Shown: positions 38,807 to 49,900, numbered from the stretch's first letter. The stretch is DNA of 64,000 bases from a virus (IMGVR_UViG_3300043418_000226), one strand, 5' to 3'. Made by a program: numbers and translations. The notes: generated from the letters alone by a model not told the origin.

Positions 38807-40042
38807 ATGGGAATACCTAAAAGAAAAAACAATATATCAGTTTATCTTGAGAAAGATTTAACTGAAAGAAGACAAGAGTTATTAGATAAAATAACAAAAT
38901 CTGATACAAATTTACCAGATTCAATCTTACACGATGATTTGGATATGGGATTATTGGATTATGTTAAAAATAATTTTAAAGTAGTCAGTGAGGGTAAAAC
39001 CATCCCTGTGATTAATAAAATACTAACCATCCAAAGATGGGGAGAGTTTTCAAATAATTGGGAATTTGTCGACGACGATGGAAATATGCAGTTACCGTTT
39101 ATTGCTGTAATAAGAAAACCTGACGTACAACCGGGAACAAACCCATCAATACAAAGAACAGTCCCTGATAGACACCAATTCTTTTATGCTTCTGTACCAA
39201 CATGGAACGGAACTCAAATGGGTGCGGACATATACAAAATACCTCAACCCGTACCTGTAGACATTAGTTACGATGTGACGATTATATGTAATAAGTTTAG
39301 GGATTTAAATCGTTTCAATAAAAAAGTATTACAAAATTTCTCATCGAGACAAGATTATACAATGGTAAAGGGACACTATATTCCAATTGTATTAGATTCA
39401 ATTGACGATAATAGTCCTATTGATACTATTGATGGTCGTAGATTTTATAGTCAAAATTATAAATTTACATTATTAGGGTTTCTTATTGATTCTGAAGAAT
39501 TTGAGGTTAAACCCGCAGTAAGTAGATTTTTTTTAATGAACGAATTTATTAAGGATAATAATTTTGTAAAGAAATATGTTAATAGAAACGTAGATGTGAC
39601 AATTTCAACATTTGTTTCTGAAAATAATCAAACTATGTTTAGTGTTGGAGAAATAATAGGTGTATTATTTAGTGTTTCAGTTAACGGTCAAGTTGTAACA
39701 AAAGATGTTGATTATTTTCATGTGGCATATACATCAAAAGTTACTTTTAACTCACCATTACCAGATGGAAGTGTGGTTACAATTTCATATTATAAAGGTA
39801 AAACAAGTTCAATTGTTGATAACTATGGAAAGGTTCTTCAGATTGCAAGAGAAAGATTTATTTATAATGGAGGACCCGTTGTTTTTACAACGATTAACGA
39901 ACTCGACAATATAGTTTCTCTTGACGTGAATGGTTTGATTGAAATTGAAACTGAGGGTTATGAAATTTCGGGAAGACGACAATTTACATTATTAGGGTTT
40001 CCGGCAATTGGGTCCACTATTAATGTAATCTATTTGTATTAA
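38807..40042 (+). CDS. Tail terminator/completion protein (gp15-like) with C-terminal Ig-like repeats
   Basis: LPFIAVIR and PVPVDISYDVTI motifs. The C-terminus has VSVNGQ..TKDVDY and LDVNGL..E..GYE repeats. Confidence 0.6.
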   Translation: MGIPKRKNNISVYLEKDLTERRQELLDKITKSDTNLPDSILHDDLDMGLLDYVKNNFKVVSEGKTIPVINKILTIQRWGEFSNNWEFVDDDGNMQLPFIAVIRKPDVQPGTNPSIQRTVPDRHQFFYASVPTWNGTQMGADIYKIPQPVPVDISYDVTIICNKFRDLNRFNKKVLQNFSSRQDYTMVKGHYIPIVLDSIDDNSPIDTIDGRRFYSQNYKFTLLGFLIDSEEFEVKPAVSRFFLMNEFIKDNNFVKKYVNRNVDVTISTFVSENNQTMFSVGEIIGVLFSVSVNGQVVTKDVDYFHVAYTSKVTFNSPLPDGSVVTISYYKGKTSSIVDNYGKVLQIARERFIYNGGPVVFTTINELDNIVSLDVNGLIEIETEGYEISGRRQFTLLGFPAIGSTINVIYLY

Positions 40043-40197
40043 TCTTCACCATATAAATCCTTTTTTTTAGGTTTTGTGAGTTCTTCTATAAATTTTTCCA
40101 AAACTTTATAAATTTTTAATCCATTTTTTTCACAATGAGTTTTTAACATCTCATGATGTTTTTCACTGATTTTCACGTTTTTACTTTTATTTTCCAT
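40039..40197 (-). CDS. Ribbon-helix-helix DNA-binding protein
   Basis: KNVKISEKHHEMLKTHCEKNGLKIYKVLEKFIEE is a typical RHH pattern. Probable start MENK at 40197. Confidence 0.65.
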   Translation of the reverse strand: MENKSKNVKISEKHHEMLKTHCEKNGLKIYKVLEKFIEELTKPKKKDLYGED

Positions 40198-40323
40198 ATA
40201 TAAAGATAAAAAAAGATACAAAAGGATAAAATACTATCTTTTTTAGGAAATGTACGGAAATCTTTGCTAAAAACAAAGATATTTATAAAATAAGTAATAA
40301 AATAATTAACCAAACAACAATCG

Positions 40324-43173
40324 ATGGCAAATTCAAACAGAGTATTCGTTTCTCCAGGTGTCTACACATCAGAGAAGGATCTAACATTCGTAGCTCAAAG
40401 TGTTGGAGTTACAACATTAGGTTTAGTTGGTGAGACGCTAAAGGGTCCCGCTTTCGAACCAATTTTAATTTCAAATTTTGACGAATTCAAAACATATTTT
40501 GGAGGTACATCACCTGAAAAGGACGGTGCAAATAACCCAAAATATGAATTAGCATACGTGGCTAAATCATATCTTCAAGAGTCAAATCAACTATTCGTAA
40601 CAAGAGTACTTGGACTTACAGGATATAGACCAGTGAAAACATTCGGTATTAAAACTTTAGGTGGTGTTAACGTAGACTTAGTTTCTACACCAACAACAAC
40701 TACAGGTACTACCAATCCAACTTCATCTACAACAATAACAGGAAGTACATTCTACTCAGATTTAACAGGTAAAACTGCATCTGACGGATTAACTATACCT
40801 GACAGTATTGTATCTGGTACATATTCAAATAATGATTGGTTCGCAATTGGGATTGTCCCATCATCTGCAACAAGTGGTTTAACTGGTACTGAATTAGTTT
40901 CACCATTTAGTGGTAAAGTTTCTTCAGAAACAAATAATGGAAAAGAATGGTACAATACCTTCTTTCATAAAACAGGTGCAACCGACGCGTCAATTGATGG
41001 TGTTTATTCATATTTGTTTGTTTACTCTACAGGTACAACATCATTTAGTACAACACGATTTAAATATAACGCATCACTTAACACAGATTATTCTGACGTT
41101 GTAGTTGCCGCATTAAGACCAAGAGGACATTATCAAGCTGAAAATTTATTGCTTGAAGTAACGGGTAATACAAGTTTTAGTTTAAGAGATGTAACGGGTA
41201 TTGAAACAAACCCAATGGGTGAGTTTGTAATTTCAGTTACAGGTGCTACAGGTGGAGCAAAAGAATTTACATGTTCATTAGACTCAACCTCTACAAAATA
41301 TATTAACAAAGTATTAGGTTCTGATGTTTATGATAAGGGTTATACAGAATATCCTGTTTATGCACATGAAGTATATCCTAATTTAGTTTCGTCATCATTT
41401 AAAAGTGGAGCAATTAGAGGTTTAAGTTTAACACCAGTTTATAATAATGAAGGTGACAACTTTAAAAAAGGTTGGGACACAACATTATCTCCAATGGTAG
41501 TATCTGAAGTACGAGGTGGTTCAGTGTCTGATTTATTTGAAGTTATTACAATTTCAGATGGTAACGCCGCTAATACTCAAGTAAAACTTATGATTCAAAA
41601 TATTAATATCGACACTAACGAATTTGATATTTTAGTAAGAGATTTTAACGATACAGATGAAAATCAAGTAATTCTTGAAAAATATTCAAGATGTACAATG
41701 AATCCAGATTTACCGGGTTATGTGGCAAGAAAAATTGGTACGGCTGACGGTGAATTCCAATTGAATTCAAAATACATTATGTTAAACTTAGCGGATAACG
41801 CCCCAACAGATGCGTTTCCTGCTGGTTTCAAAGGATTCATTGGTTCTCAATTATCAGGTTCAACAACTTTAGGTAGTTTAGTTTTCAAAACTGAATACTT
41901 GGATGCGGGAGATACGATTTACTACGACGCTGACGGTACACCTGTTTTAACAAACGGAGATAAAGTTAAGAAAGTATCTTTAGGTCTTTCAAGTCAAGTT
42001 GGTTCCCAATTCGATGCTGACGTATTTAAATTTAAAGGAACTGGAGCAACATTGAACACATTCGGTTTCCACTTATCAGTTAATGCTAATTCAATATTAG
42101 ATGATAATAGTGTTAATATTTATAAAACAACACCTTACGATTTAGAAGGTGTTAATAAAGGTAAATTGGATAATATTAATTTCCGTAAATTTACATTTGC
42201 AGTTGGTGGTGGTTTTGATGGTTTCGATATCTACAGAAGTGTAAAAACATACGGTGATGGGTATATCTTCGGTAAACCAACATATAATACAAGTGGTTTG
42301 TTTAGTAATACAGTAGGAAATTCTGATTATTATGCTTATTTACAAGGTATTACTACATTTGCTAACCCTGAAGCAATTGATATTAACGTATTCGCAACAC
42401 CAGGTATTAACTTTATGGACCATAGTTCATTAACTTCACAAGCAATTGATATGGTTGAGAACGATAGAGCGGATTCATTATATATCATTGGAGCACCTAA
42501 CTCAGATACTGCAGATGATGTTGTAAACAGTTTAGATACGGTATCATTAGATACTAACTATTCGGCAACTTATTGGCCTTGGATTCAAGTTAGAGATACA
42601 GATAATGCAACTCAATTATATATTCCACCAACAGGTGAAGTATTGAAAAACATCGCATTGACTGACAATGTTTCTTACCCATGGTTCGCAGTGGCGGGTT
42701 ACTCAAGAGGTTTGGTAAATGCAATCAAAGCTAAAAAGAAATTAACTCTTGATGAAAGAGATGAACTTTATAAAAATAGAATCAACCCAATCGCAACTTT
42801 CTCTGATACAGGTACAATTATCTGGGGTAACAAAACGTTACAAGTTAGAGAATCGGCACTTGATAGAATCAACGTAAGAAGATTATTATTAAGAGCAAGA
42901 AAATTAATTTCAGCAGTAGCGGTAAGATTATTATTTGAACAAAATGATGACCAAGTAAGACAAGAATTCTTAAGATTGGTTAACCCAATTCTTGAATCTA
43001 TCAAGAAAGAGAGAGGTTTAAATGAGTTTAAAGTTACAGTTTCTAACGACCCTGAAGACATTGACGCAAACACACTTAGAGGTAAAATCTACGTGAAACC
43101 AACTCGTTCTCTTGAATTTATTGATTTAGAGTTCGTAATTACTCCAACAGGAGCTTCATTTGAGAATATTTAA
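40324..43173 (+). CDS. gp18: Tail sheath protein (T4 gp18-like) with large insertions
   Basis: FVSPGVYTSEKD, YSATYWPWI, PWFAVAGYSRG, LDRINVRRLL and IYVKPTRSLEFIDLEF. Confidence 0.95.
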   Translation: MANSNRVFVSPGVYTSEKDLTFVAQSVGVTTLGLVGETLKGPAFEPILISNFDEFKTYFGGTSPEKDGANNPKYELAYVAKSYLQESNQLFVTRVLGLTGYRPVKTFGIKTLGGVNVDLVSTPTTTTGTTNPTSSTTITGSTFYSDLTGKTASDGLTIPDSIVSGTYSNNDWFAIGIVPSSATSGLTGTELVSPFSGKVSSETNNGKEWYNTFFHKTGATDASIDGVYSYLFVYSTGTTSFSTTRFKYNASLNTDYSDVVVAALRPRGHYQAENLLLEVTGNTSFSLRDVTGIETNPMGEFVISVTGATGGAKEFTCSLDSTSTKYINKVLGSDVYDKGYTEYPVYAHEVYPNLVSSSFKSGAIRGLSLTPVYNNEGDNFKKGWDTTLSPMVVSEVRGGSVSDLFEVITISDGNAANTQVKLMIQNINIDTNEFDILVRDFNDTDENQVILEKYSRCTMNPDLPGYVARKIGTADGEFQLNSKYIMLNLADNAPTDAFPAGFKGFIGSQLSGSTTLGSLVFKTEYLDAGDTIYYDADGTPVLTNGDKVKKVSLGLSSQVGSQFDADVFKFKGTGATLNTFGFHLSVNANSILDDNSVNIYKTTPYDLEGVNKGKLDNINFRKFTFAVGGGFDGFDIYRSVKTYGDGYIFGKPTYNTSGLFSNTVGNSDYYAYLQGITTFANPEAIDINVFATPGINFMDHSSLTSQAIDMVENDRADSLYIIGAPNSDTADDVVNSLDTVSLDTNYSATYWPWIQVRDTDNATQLYIPPTGEVLKNIALTDNVSYPWFAVAGYSRGLVNAIKAKKKLTLDERDELYKNRINPIATFSDTGTIIWGNKTLQVRESALDRINVRRLLLRARKLISAVAVRLLFEQNDDQVRQEFLRLVNPILESIKKERGLNEFKVTVSNDPEDIDANTLRGKIYVKPTRSLEFIDLEFVITPTGASFENI

Positions 43174-43194
43174 TCTTTAATAGGAATGAAAAAG

Positions 43195-43226
43195 AAAAGG
43201 ATTGTAGAGATACAGTCCTTTTTTTT
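43195..43226 (+). terminator. Rho-independent terminator after the sheath gene
   Basis: AAAAGGATTGTA-GAGA-TACAGTCCTTTT plus T-run (one G-U pair). Confidence 0.8.
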
Positions 43227-43252
43227 ATATGTTCCATGTAGAACATATAAAA
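43223..43252. promoter_or_regulatory. parS-like inverted repeat
   Basis: TGTTCCATGTAGAACA (43230-43245) matches the palindrome TGTTCCACGTGGAACA at 14/16 positions. It sits within 12-bp perfect arms around a 6-nt spacer. Confidence 0.45.
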
Positions 43253-43279
43253 TATAACAATTTTATTTTTTTATTGCCC

Positions 43280-43366
43280 AGTATACTAGAACTAGATATA
43301 CTAGTATTTATATTATATAATAAAAAATTACTAGAAATATTATTTATACTGGAACTGGATACTGGA
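43280..43366. repeat. Cluster of ACTAG/ACTGG short direct repeats in an AT-rich intergenic region
   Basis: ATACTAGAACTAGATATACTAG, TTACTAG and ATACTGGAACTGGATACTGG (4 ACTAG + 3 ACTGG). Confidence 0.7.
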
Positions 43367-43490
43367 GGAATTTGTAAAAAACTACGAAAAATAATTGATA
43401 AAATCAAGTTTTACCTGAAAATAAATTTATTTCTATTTCAGATATATTTATAAGAAGTATAAAATAACAAAAAAATTTAACAAATACAAA

Positions 43491-43979
43491 ATGGCAGATT
43501 TACTAATGAAAATGCCGGTTCCTTACGAACCGAAAAGAGTTAACAGATTTATCGTTAGATTCCCATCATCTTTGGGTATCAACGAATGGTACGTAACTTC
43601 AGCAGCTAGACCAAGTGCAAAGATTAATTCAGTTGCTATTCCTTTCTTGAATACCTCAACTTATGTTGCAGGTAGATTCGAATGGAATGAAATAAGAATG
43701 ACGTTTAAAGACCCAATTGGTCCTTCAGCTTCTCAAGCTTTAATGGAATGGTTCCGTTTACATGCGGAATCGGTAACAGGTAGAATGGGATATGCTGCTG
43801 GATACAAAAAAGACATTGAACTTGAAATGTTAGACCCAACAGGTGTTGTAGTTGAGAAATGGATTCTTCAAGGAACTTTCATTACTGATTTGAACTTCAA
43901 CGAATTAGACTATTCAAGAGACGATTTAGCATCTATCACATGTTCATTAAGAATGGATAGATGTATTCAAGTATTCTAA
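43491..43979 (+). CDS. gp19: Tail tube protein (T4 gp19-like)
   Basis: YEPKRVNRF, YVAGRFEW..I..TFKD, YKKDIELEMLDPTG.VVEKW.L.G.F and LDYS. Confidence 0.92.
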   Translation: MADLLMKMPVPYEPKRVNRFIVRFPSSLGINEWYVTSAARPSAKINSVAIPFLNTSTYVAGRFEWNEIRMTFKDPIGPSASQALMEWFRLHAESVTGRMGYAAGYKKDIELEMLDPTGVVVEKWILQGTFITDLNFNELDYSRDDLASITCSLRMDRCIQVF

Positions 43980-44000
43980 TATACAAATTTTTTCATATTA

Positions 44001-44050
44001 AAACCAATAACCAAATTAGTAAATCTGTCTAATAGGTTATTGGTTTTTTT
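44001..44050 (+). terminator. Rho-independent terminator / hairpin after the tail tube gene
   Basis: AAACCAATAACC...GGTTATTGGTTT arms followed by a T-run. Confidence 0.7.
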
Positions 44051-44097
44051 ATTTTTATAAACTTTACTTTCAAATAGTTATAGTTTAAATTTATATT

Positions 44098-44847
44098 ATG
44101 GAAGAATTTAGATTAGACCCTTCAATCGCATACGATGTGGTCGTATTACCAACAAAAGGTATACATTATAAAAATAGAAAAAAATCAGTAAGAGTTGCCT
44201 ATCTAACGGCATCTGATGAGAACATTTTATCTTCACCTAGTTTAATTGCAACAGGTACTGTAGTTGAAGAATTATTAAAAAGAAAAATTTTAGACAAGGA
44301 CTTACCAATTGATGAAATTGTTGAGGAGGACCGTCAAGCAATTCTAATCTTTTTAAGAAATACAGCATTTGGTTCGGAATATAAAATTAGTGCTCTTGAC
44401 CCAAAAACAGATGAAACCTTTTCATTTGAAATAGATTTAAGTGAAATTAAAGTTAAAGATTTTAACTTAACTGAAGACGCTAACGGAGAATACTCGTATT
44501 ATTTAGAAAAAAGTAAGATTGACATCGCATTTACATTCTTAACTCTTAAACAAGAAAAAGAAATTGACTCAATTAAGAAAAGTTGGAACGGTAATGGAAT
44601 TGCTCCTATTGTCACAAAACAACTTGAAATGATGATTAAGTCTGTCGGAGGAAATAGAGATTTATTAACCATTCGTAATTTTGTTGAAAATCTACCAATT
44701 AAAGATTCCCAAGATTTTAAAAAATTCATTAACGATAATAAACCGGGGTTGGATTTAACCCAAAGTATTGAAACCCCGTCCGGAGAGACTATCCAAGTTG
44801 AAATTGGATTCGGGGTTGAGTTTTTTCGTCCTTTCTACGGATTATAA
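44098..44847 (+). CDS. Tail assembly chaperone / T4 gp26-like hub assembly protein
   Basis: VVLPTKGIHY, LTASDENIL and C-terminal FGVEFFRP; located between tube and tape measure. Confidence 0.7.
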   Translation: MEEFRLDPSIAYDVVVLPTKGIHYKNRKKSVRVAYLTASDENILSSPSLIATGTVVEELLKRKILDKDLPIDEIVEEDRQAILIFLRNTAFGSEYKISALDPKTDETFSFEIDLSEIKVKDFNLTEDANGEYSYYLEKSKIDIAFTFLTLKQEKEIDSIKKSWNGNGIAPIVTKQLEMMIKSVGGNRDLLTIRNFVENLPIKDSQDFKKFINDNKPGLDLTQSIETPSGETIQVEIGFGVEFFRPFYGL

Positions 44848-44980
44848 GAAAGGTCAATTAGACGAAATTTTATTTTTAGTTAAACGAGGATTCACATACG
44901 GTGATATAATTAACATGCCTGTTTATATTCGACGTTATTACATAAATTATATTGTCGAAAAAGAAACGGGAAATGATTAA
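44822..44980 (+). CDS. Frameshift extension (GT-like) of the tail chaperone
   Basis: The +1 frame FFVLSTDYKKGQLDEILFLVKRGFTYGDIINMPVYIRRYYI begins at the T6 run in GAG-TTT-TTT-C, with no plausible independent start. Confidence 0.6.
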   Translation, partial: FFVLSTDYKKGQLDEILFLVKRGFTYGDIINMPVYIRRYYINYIVEKETGND

Positions 44981-44997
44981 TACATCTATTTATACGT

Positions 44998-46953
44998 ATG
45001 GCAGCAGATAATAAAAAATTACAACAGTTAGCGAGAACTGACCCTGATGGGTTTGAAACATACTACCGTCAAAATGTCGATAGAAACGCTTCAGGGGCAA
45101 CAATTGCAGCTAAACAATCTTATTGGAGAAGTGTCGATTTATCCACGTTGTCGACATCATCTTCATCTTCCACTTCTTCTACATCGTCCGGAGCATCAAC
45201 TGCCGGTGATATGGCTCTCGCCGCGGAAACCGGTGGAGTTGGATTAGCAATCAAAAAAACATTTGGATTTCTTGACAATGCAATAAAAGGTACCGCTAAT
45301 ATTGCCGAACAATTTTACGATACACAAATAGGTCAAGCGGATGCTCAGGGTTCAGATAAAGTTAAAAAATTATTTGACATTGTACAAAACGGTGGATTAA
45401 ACCCAGTAAAACTACTTTCTGAGGGTATGGCTGCGGTAGGTGAGGAATTAATTAGTCAATTAAAAACCGAATCCGAATTACGAAGTGAAATAAATAGTAA
45501 GTCTATGCTTACAGGTCAATTATCTGAAGACCTAAGAAAAGACATGGTTGAATCATCAATCGGAGCTGCCAGATATGGAATGTCGTTAGCTGACATTGGT
45601 GACTTATACGTTGGACTTACAGAAAACTCAGGTAAATTTAGTTTAATTAATAAAGGTTTAATTGATACCGTAGTACCTGTGGCTAAGTCACTTAGTATGT
45701 CAATGAAGGAATTCGCCAATACTATTAGTACTTTCGAAACTGTCGGTGCGGGTGCCGACCTTACAGTTAATAAAATTAGTACCGCAATCACTGATTCAGT
45801 GGCGTTAGGTTTAAATGCAAGAAAAATAACCGAATCTATGCAACAAAACATAGGTAAATTAAACGAATACGGATTTAAAAAGGGGATTGATGGGTTAAAA
45901 GAAATGACACAAAAATCCGCAGAATTTAGAATGAGTATGGATTCCGTGTTTTCAGTTGCTGAGAAAGTATTCAGTCCCGAAAAGGCATTAGATTTATCGG
46001 CAAACTTACAAGTTTTAGGTGGCGCGATTGGAGATTTCAACGACCCACTTAAATTAATGTACATGGCAACAAATAATGTAGAAGGTTTACAAGATGCATT
46101 AATTGGGGCAGCTGGTTCGTTATCAACGTATAATCAAGAGCAGGGAAGATTTGAAGTAACGGGAGCAAATTTAAGAAAATCTAAAGAGATGGCCGACCAA
46201 TTCGGTATCTCCATGGGTGAATTAAATAAAATTGCGATTGCGGCGGCGGAACGAACACAAGCATCTACCGCGTTAATGTCTTCCGGTTTAGTGATGAAGG
46301 ATGACGATAGAGAATTTTTAACTAACCTTTCGAGAATGGAAGGTGGTGAAATGAAAATCACTGTACCCGAATCTTTAGCTAAAAAATTAGGATTATCCGA
46401 CACTAAAATTGCGTTAGATGAATTAAAACCTGAAATGATGAAAGCGTTATTATCTAACAGAGAAGCATTTAAAGAAATGAGTCCTAAAGATATGGCAATG
46501 GCTCAATTAACCGAAACACAACAAATGGCCCGAGATATGGGCGTTGTTGCCGCATATTATAGAGTTAGAGGTGCTCAAATAATTAAAGGTGCCGCTAAAG
46601 GAATGGGTGGACCCGAATTTGAAAATTTACGTAAAACCATTTCAGATTATGCGAAAGAAACGGTAAACAAACCAAGTGACTATGGTTTAGAAAAAAGATC
46701 AGAGAATAGAGCGAAAGAAGTAAGGGCAAACCCTATTGAATCTATAAAACAATTTGGTCGAGATGCTGTTGATTATATTAAAGGTGAAAAAACAACTGCA
46801 TCCGTTGAGACAAAAAGTAAAGTAACACATGAATTTGTGTTCGGTCGAAGTGATGCTCTAATGGATTCGTTTAACAGAGAAATTGTGAGAGACACAAGTA
46901 TTGCAACTAATTGGACTACCGGAAATAAAAACGAATATACTTCACCAGTATAA
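44998..46953 (+). CDS. Tape measure protein
   Basis: 651-aa Ala/Gly/Met-rich helical protein after the tube and chaperone genes. Confidence 0.75.
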   Translation: MAADNKKLQQLARTDPDGFETYYRQNVDRNASGATIAAKQSYWRSVDLSTLSTSSSSSTSSTSSGASTAGDMALAAETGGVGLAIKKTFGFLDNAIKGTANIAEQFYDTQIGQADAQGSDKVKKLFDIVQNGGLNPVKLLSEGMAAVGEELISQLKTESELRSEINSKSMLTGQLSEDLRKDMVESSIGAARYGMSLADIGDLYVGLTENSGKFSLINKGLIDTVVPVAKSLSMSMKEFANTISTFETVGAGADLTVNKISTAITDSVALGLNARKITESMQQNIGKLNEYGFKKGIDGLKEMTQKSAEFRMSMDSVFSVAEKVFSPEKALDLSANLQVLGGAIGDFNDPLKLMYMATNNVEGLQDALIGAAGSLSTYNQEQGRFEVTGANLRKSKEMADQFGISMGELNKIAIAAAERTQASTALMSSGLVMKDDDREFLTNLSRMEGGEMKITVPESLAKKLGLSDTKIALDELKPEMMKALLSNREAFKEMSPKDMAMAQLTETQQMARDMGVVAAYYRVRGAQIIKGAAKGMGGPEFENLRKTISDYAKETVNKPSDYGLEKRSENRAKEVRANPIESIKQFGRDAVDYIKGEKTTASVETKSKVTHEFVFGRSDALMDSFNREIVRDTSIATNWTTGNKNEYTSPV

Positions 46954-46987
46954 TTTAAATTAAACCTATTTATTATAAAAGAAAATA

Positions 46988-49900
46988 ATGCCAAGTAACT
47001 TAGATTTTGATTCAACCAAAAAGTTTAGAGATTATATATTAGGTAAGACCTTAAATCAACCTAATGGTCCACAAACATTTACAAGTGGAGCATATACTGT
47101 GCAAAATTTAAGTGATGCACCAAATAAGAATCAAGGAAATGTTGACAACAACAGAACTAACGATTTATTACGAATCAATAGTACTAACACTTTTAAACCA
47201 ACTGAATTTTTTGTAACAGATACAATTGATACATTACCAAGAAAGGCCGATTTATCGTTGTATCCTTATTTTGTTGCTAATAACCATAATTTAATTGGTA
47301 TTATGGGTTCTGAAGATAATACAACAGAATCTGAATTATATAAATTCGCATCATCGTATATTAAATTAGATTCTAATGGTCCGGTTTTATCAAGGATTGC
47401 TCGAAATATCGATAAAGCAACAAATGGTAAAGTAAGATTATTAGATGCGTTAAATGGTAACACAACAACCGCAATAAACATTATTACAGGTAGAGAACCA
47501 TTAGTTGAGGCTAATTACGATATTACGGTGGCTAAAACATTACCGGGTAAGGGTATTGATTTTTTACAAACAGTTTCGGGTATTGAATTTCCATTTAGTG
47601 AAATACCGGGTGATTATTTAAGTAATCCGGCAAATCCAATTAATTATCGACCAACAGCATCTACTGAGGTGGGTAAATTATGGCAAGATGTGACAGGAGT
47701 GTTAGGTTCGTTAGTCGGTATTCAAAGAAGACCTAAACTATCGAGAAAACCCTCTGATCTTTTAATTGAATATATGGGTCAGGGTCAAAAAAATGCCCTA
47801 TATCATAACTTATCATTTTCAAAATACGCACCTAACTACACAACAACTGCAAGGTCACAAAATACATCTAAAATTTTTAATTTTGTTGATAAAACAGCAC
47901 AAGGTATTAAATCACTATTAGGTGAAGAGGCACCTGCAGGAATTGCATATATTGGTGACGATAGAGGAAATGATGTAAAATATGCGATGAACGACTTCAA
48001 TGATAGACCAGTAAGAAGTAGTTACTATCTTTCATTAATGTTTGATGAAGTTTCTGCAAATTTATTTCATAAAGGAAAAAATATTACAGAGGGTGGGTCA
48101 ATTGGGGGTAACCTAACTTGGATATCTAAAAATTCAAAAAATAAATTAGGTGAACACAATGCAGAATGGTCAGGAGAAAGTAGTGTTTTACAAGAAACAC
48201 TTTCAACAAAATATGGTTTTAGAGAAGACTCAATATTAGGTCACACTCAAGAAATATTAGATTCAATGCCTTCTGACGGTGGCGCGGCACGTTCACATGT
48301 TGCAAATGTTATTGACCAAACAAGTAGAGTGTTTGGTGATGGAGACGTAAAAATATCGAGAGGTTCGGCTGTAAAATTTGTTAATAATTTCTCAGGTACT
48401 GAAAGTGGTGTGGAATATTGTAGAGTATGGACCAAAGATAGGTCATACATGAACTATTCGGACACCATGAAAAGAACTGCAAATATTAGAAAATACGATG
48501 GTAGTGTAATGGGAGGCCAAAGTAGACCTTGGAATTTAAACATTGCACCCATGTCGAACGGTAAAAAATCATTTGACCAATCAACAAATATTTTTAACAA
48601 TTATCCGTATGGTGGTGGATTCTATGCTAAAAAATACATGTTCTCAATTGAGAACTTAGCGTGGAAGACATCAAATACTGATGGTTTTAGAGTTACGGAT
48701 TTACCTGCATGTGAAAAAGGTAATAACGGTGGTCGAGTAATGTGGTTTCCACCATACGACTTAAAAGTATCAGAACAAAATAGTGCAAGATGGGAAGAAA
48801 ATTCATTTTTAGGAAGACCTGAACCAATATATACGTATCAAAATACATCAAGAACTGGTCAAGTATCATTTAAAGTGGTTGTTGACCACCCGAGTATTTT
48901 GAATTTATTAGTTAGGGAACACTTTAAAGGAATGTCCGACGAAGAATCGGATAATTACATTAATGCATTTTTCGCGGGTTGTGTTGATTTAGATTTCTAT
49001 TCATTAATTCAAACATACACAACGTTAGATAGTGATGATATAAAAAGAATTAAAGAATACCTTAATGCGGGTAAAGACCAACAAACAATAAAGAAATTTA
49101 AGTACGTAACTGAACAAGTCGAAACAAAACAAAACAATACAAACGGAAATAAAACAATACAACCAACACCATTTGATAATATTTTTTATTTTCCAAATGA
49201 CGTACCTAAATTTAACGTAAATAATAAGGCAATTGCAACAAGTACATATGGAGTTATAACTTCAGAATATTTAGCCGAAAGAACTAAATTTATTTCAGAT
49301 TTAGATAGTGATTTAGTAAATTTATTATCTGATAATAGTCAAGGTGCCTTAAAAGATATTAAAACTATCTTTAATATGACAAAATCGGAAGTATTACCTT
49401 TCAGTGGTGTGTCAATAAATTTAGTTAAAGATAACATATCTTCAGGTTTTGATACTGTTCAGAAAAATTATAACGATTTTTCATTAAAAGTGGAACAATT
49501 AAAAAAAGATATATCAGGTAAGACGGTAACAGAAGCAGAGTTAAGAATTTCAAGTTCAACATCTGAAGTTGCCACCGATAAATATAATTTTTATTTAGGA
49601 GTTAGAAGAGGATATAGTATCCTTTTTGAAACTTTAAGTAAATTATCAAATGGGGTTACTATAGATGAAAAATTCATTAATTGGTTTACTGTAGATTATT
49701 TAAAACAATTTGAAAAAACAGGTTTAAATAATGTAACATTAAAATATCCATTTAAAGATTTAGGATACGATACTGAAGGTACATTAAATGTAATTTTTAC
49801 AACTACAGGAGAAAATACCATATTACCAAATGGAGGAGGAGAATCAAACATAGATTGTAAACAAGTTATTAATACAAAAACTGGTTTAAAAATCGAAGCG

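Noticed and set aside
43225-43453. ORFs 43225-43407 (-) and 43229-43453 (+)
   Set aside because: Ile/Leu/Phe-rich translations of AT-rich intergenic DNA; the MFHVEH start reflects the parS-like palindrome.
44768-44821. Independent ATG start for the 70-aa ORF at 44768
   Set aside because: The start lies deep inside the chaperone gene and its N-terminal part looks random; a frameshift at 44821-44827 explains the C-terminal part better.
45516-47015. Antisense ORFs (182, 89 and 80 aa) over the tape measure gene, and similar short antisense ORFs elsewhere
   Set aside because: They are nested in longer recognisable genes and have no motifs or upstream signals.
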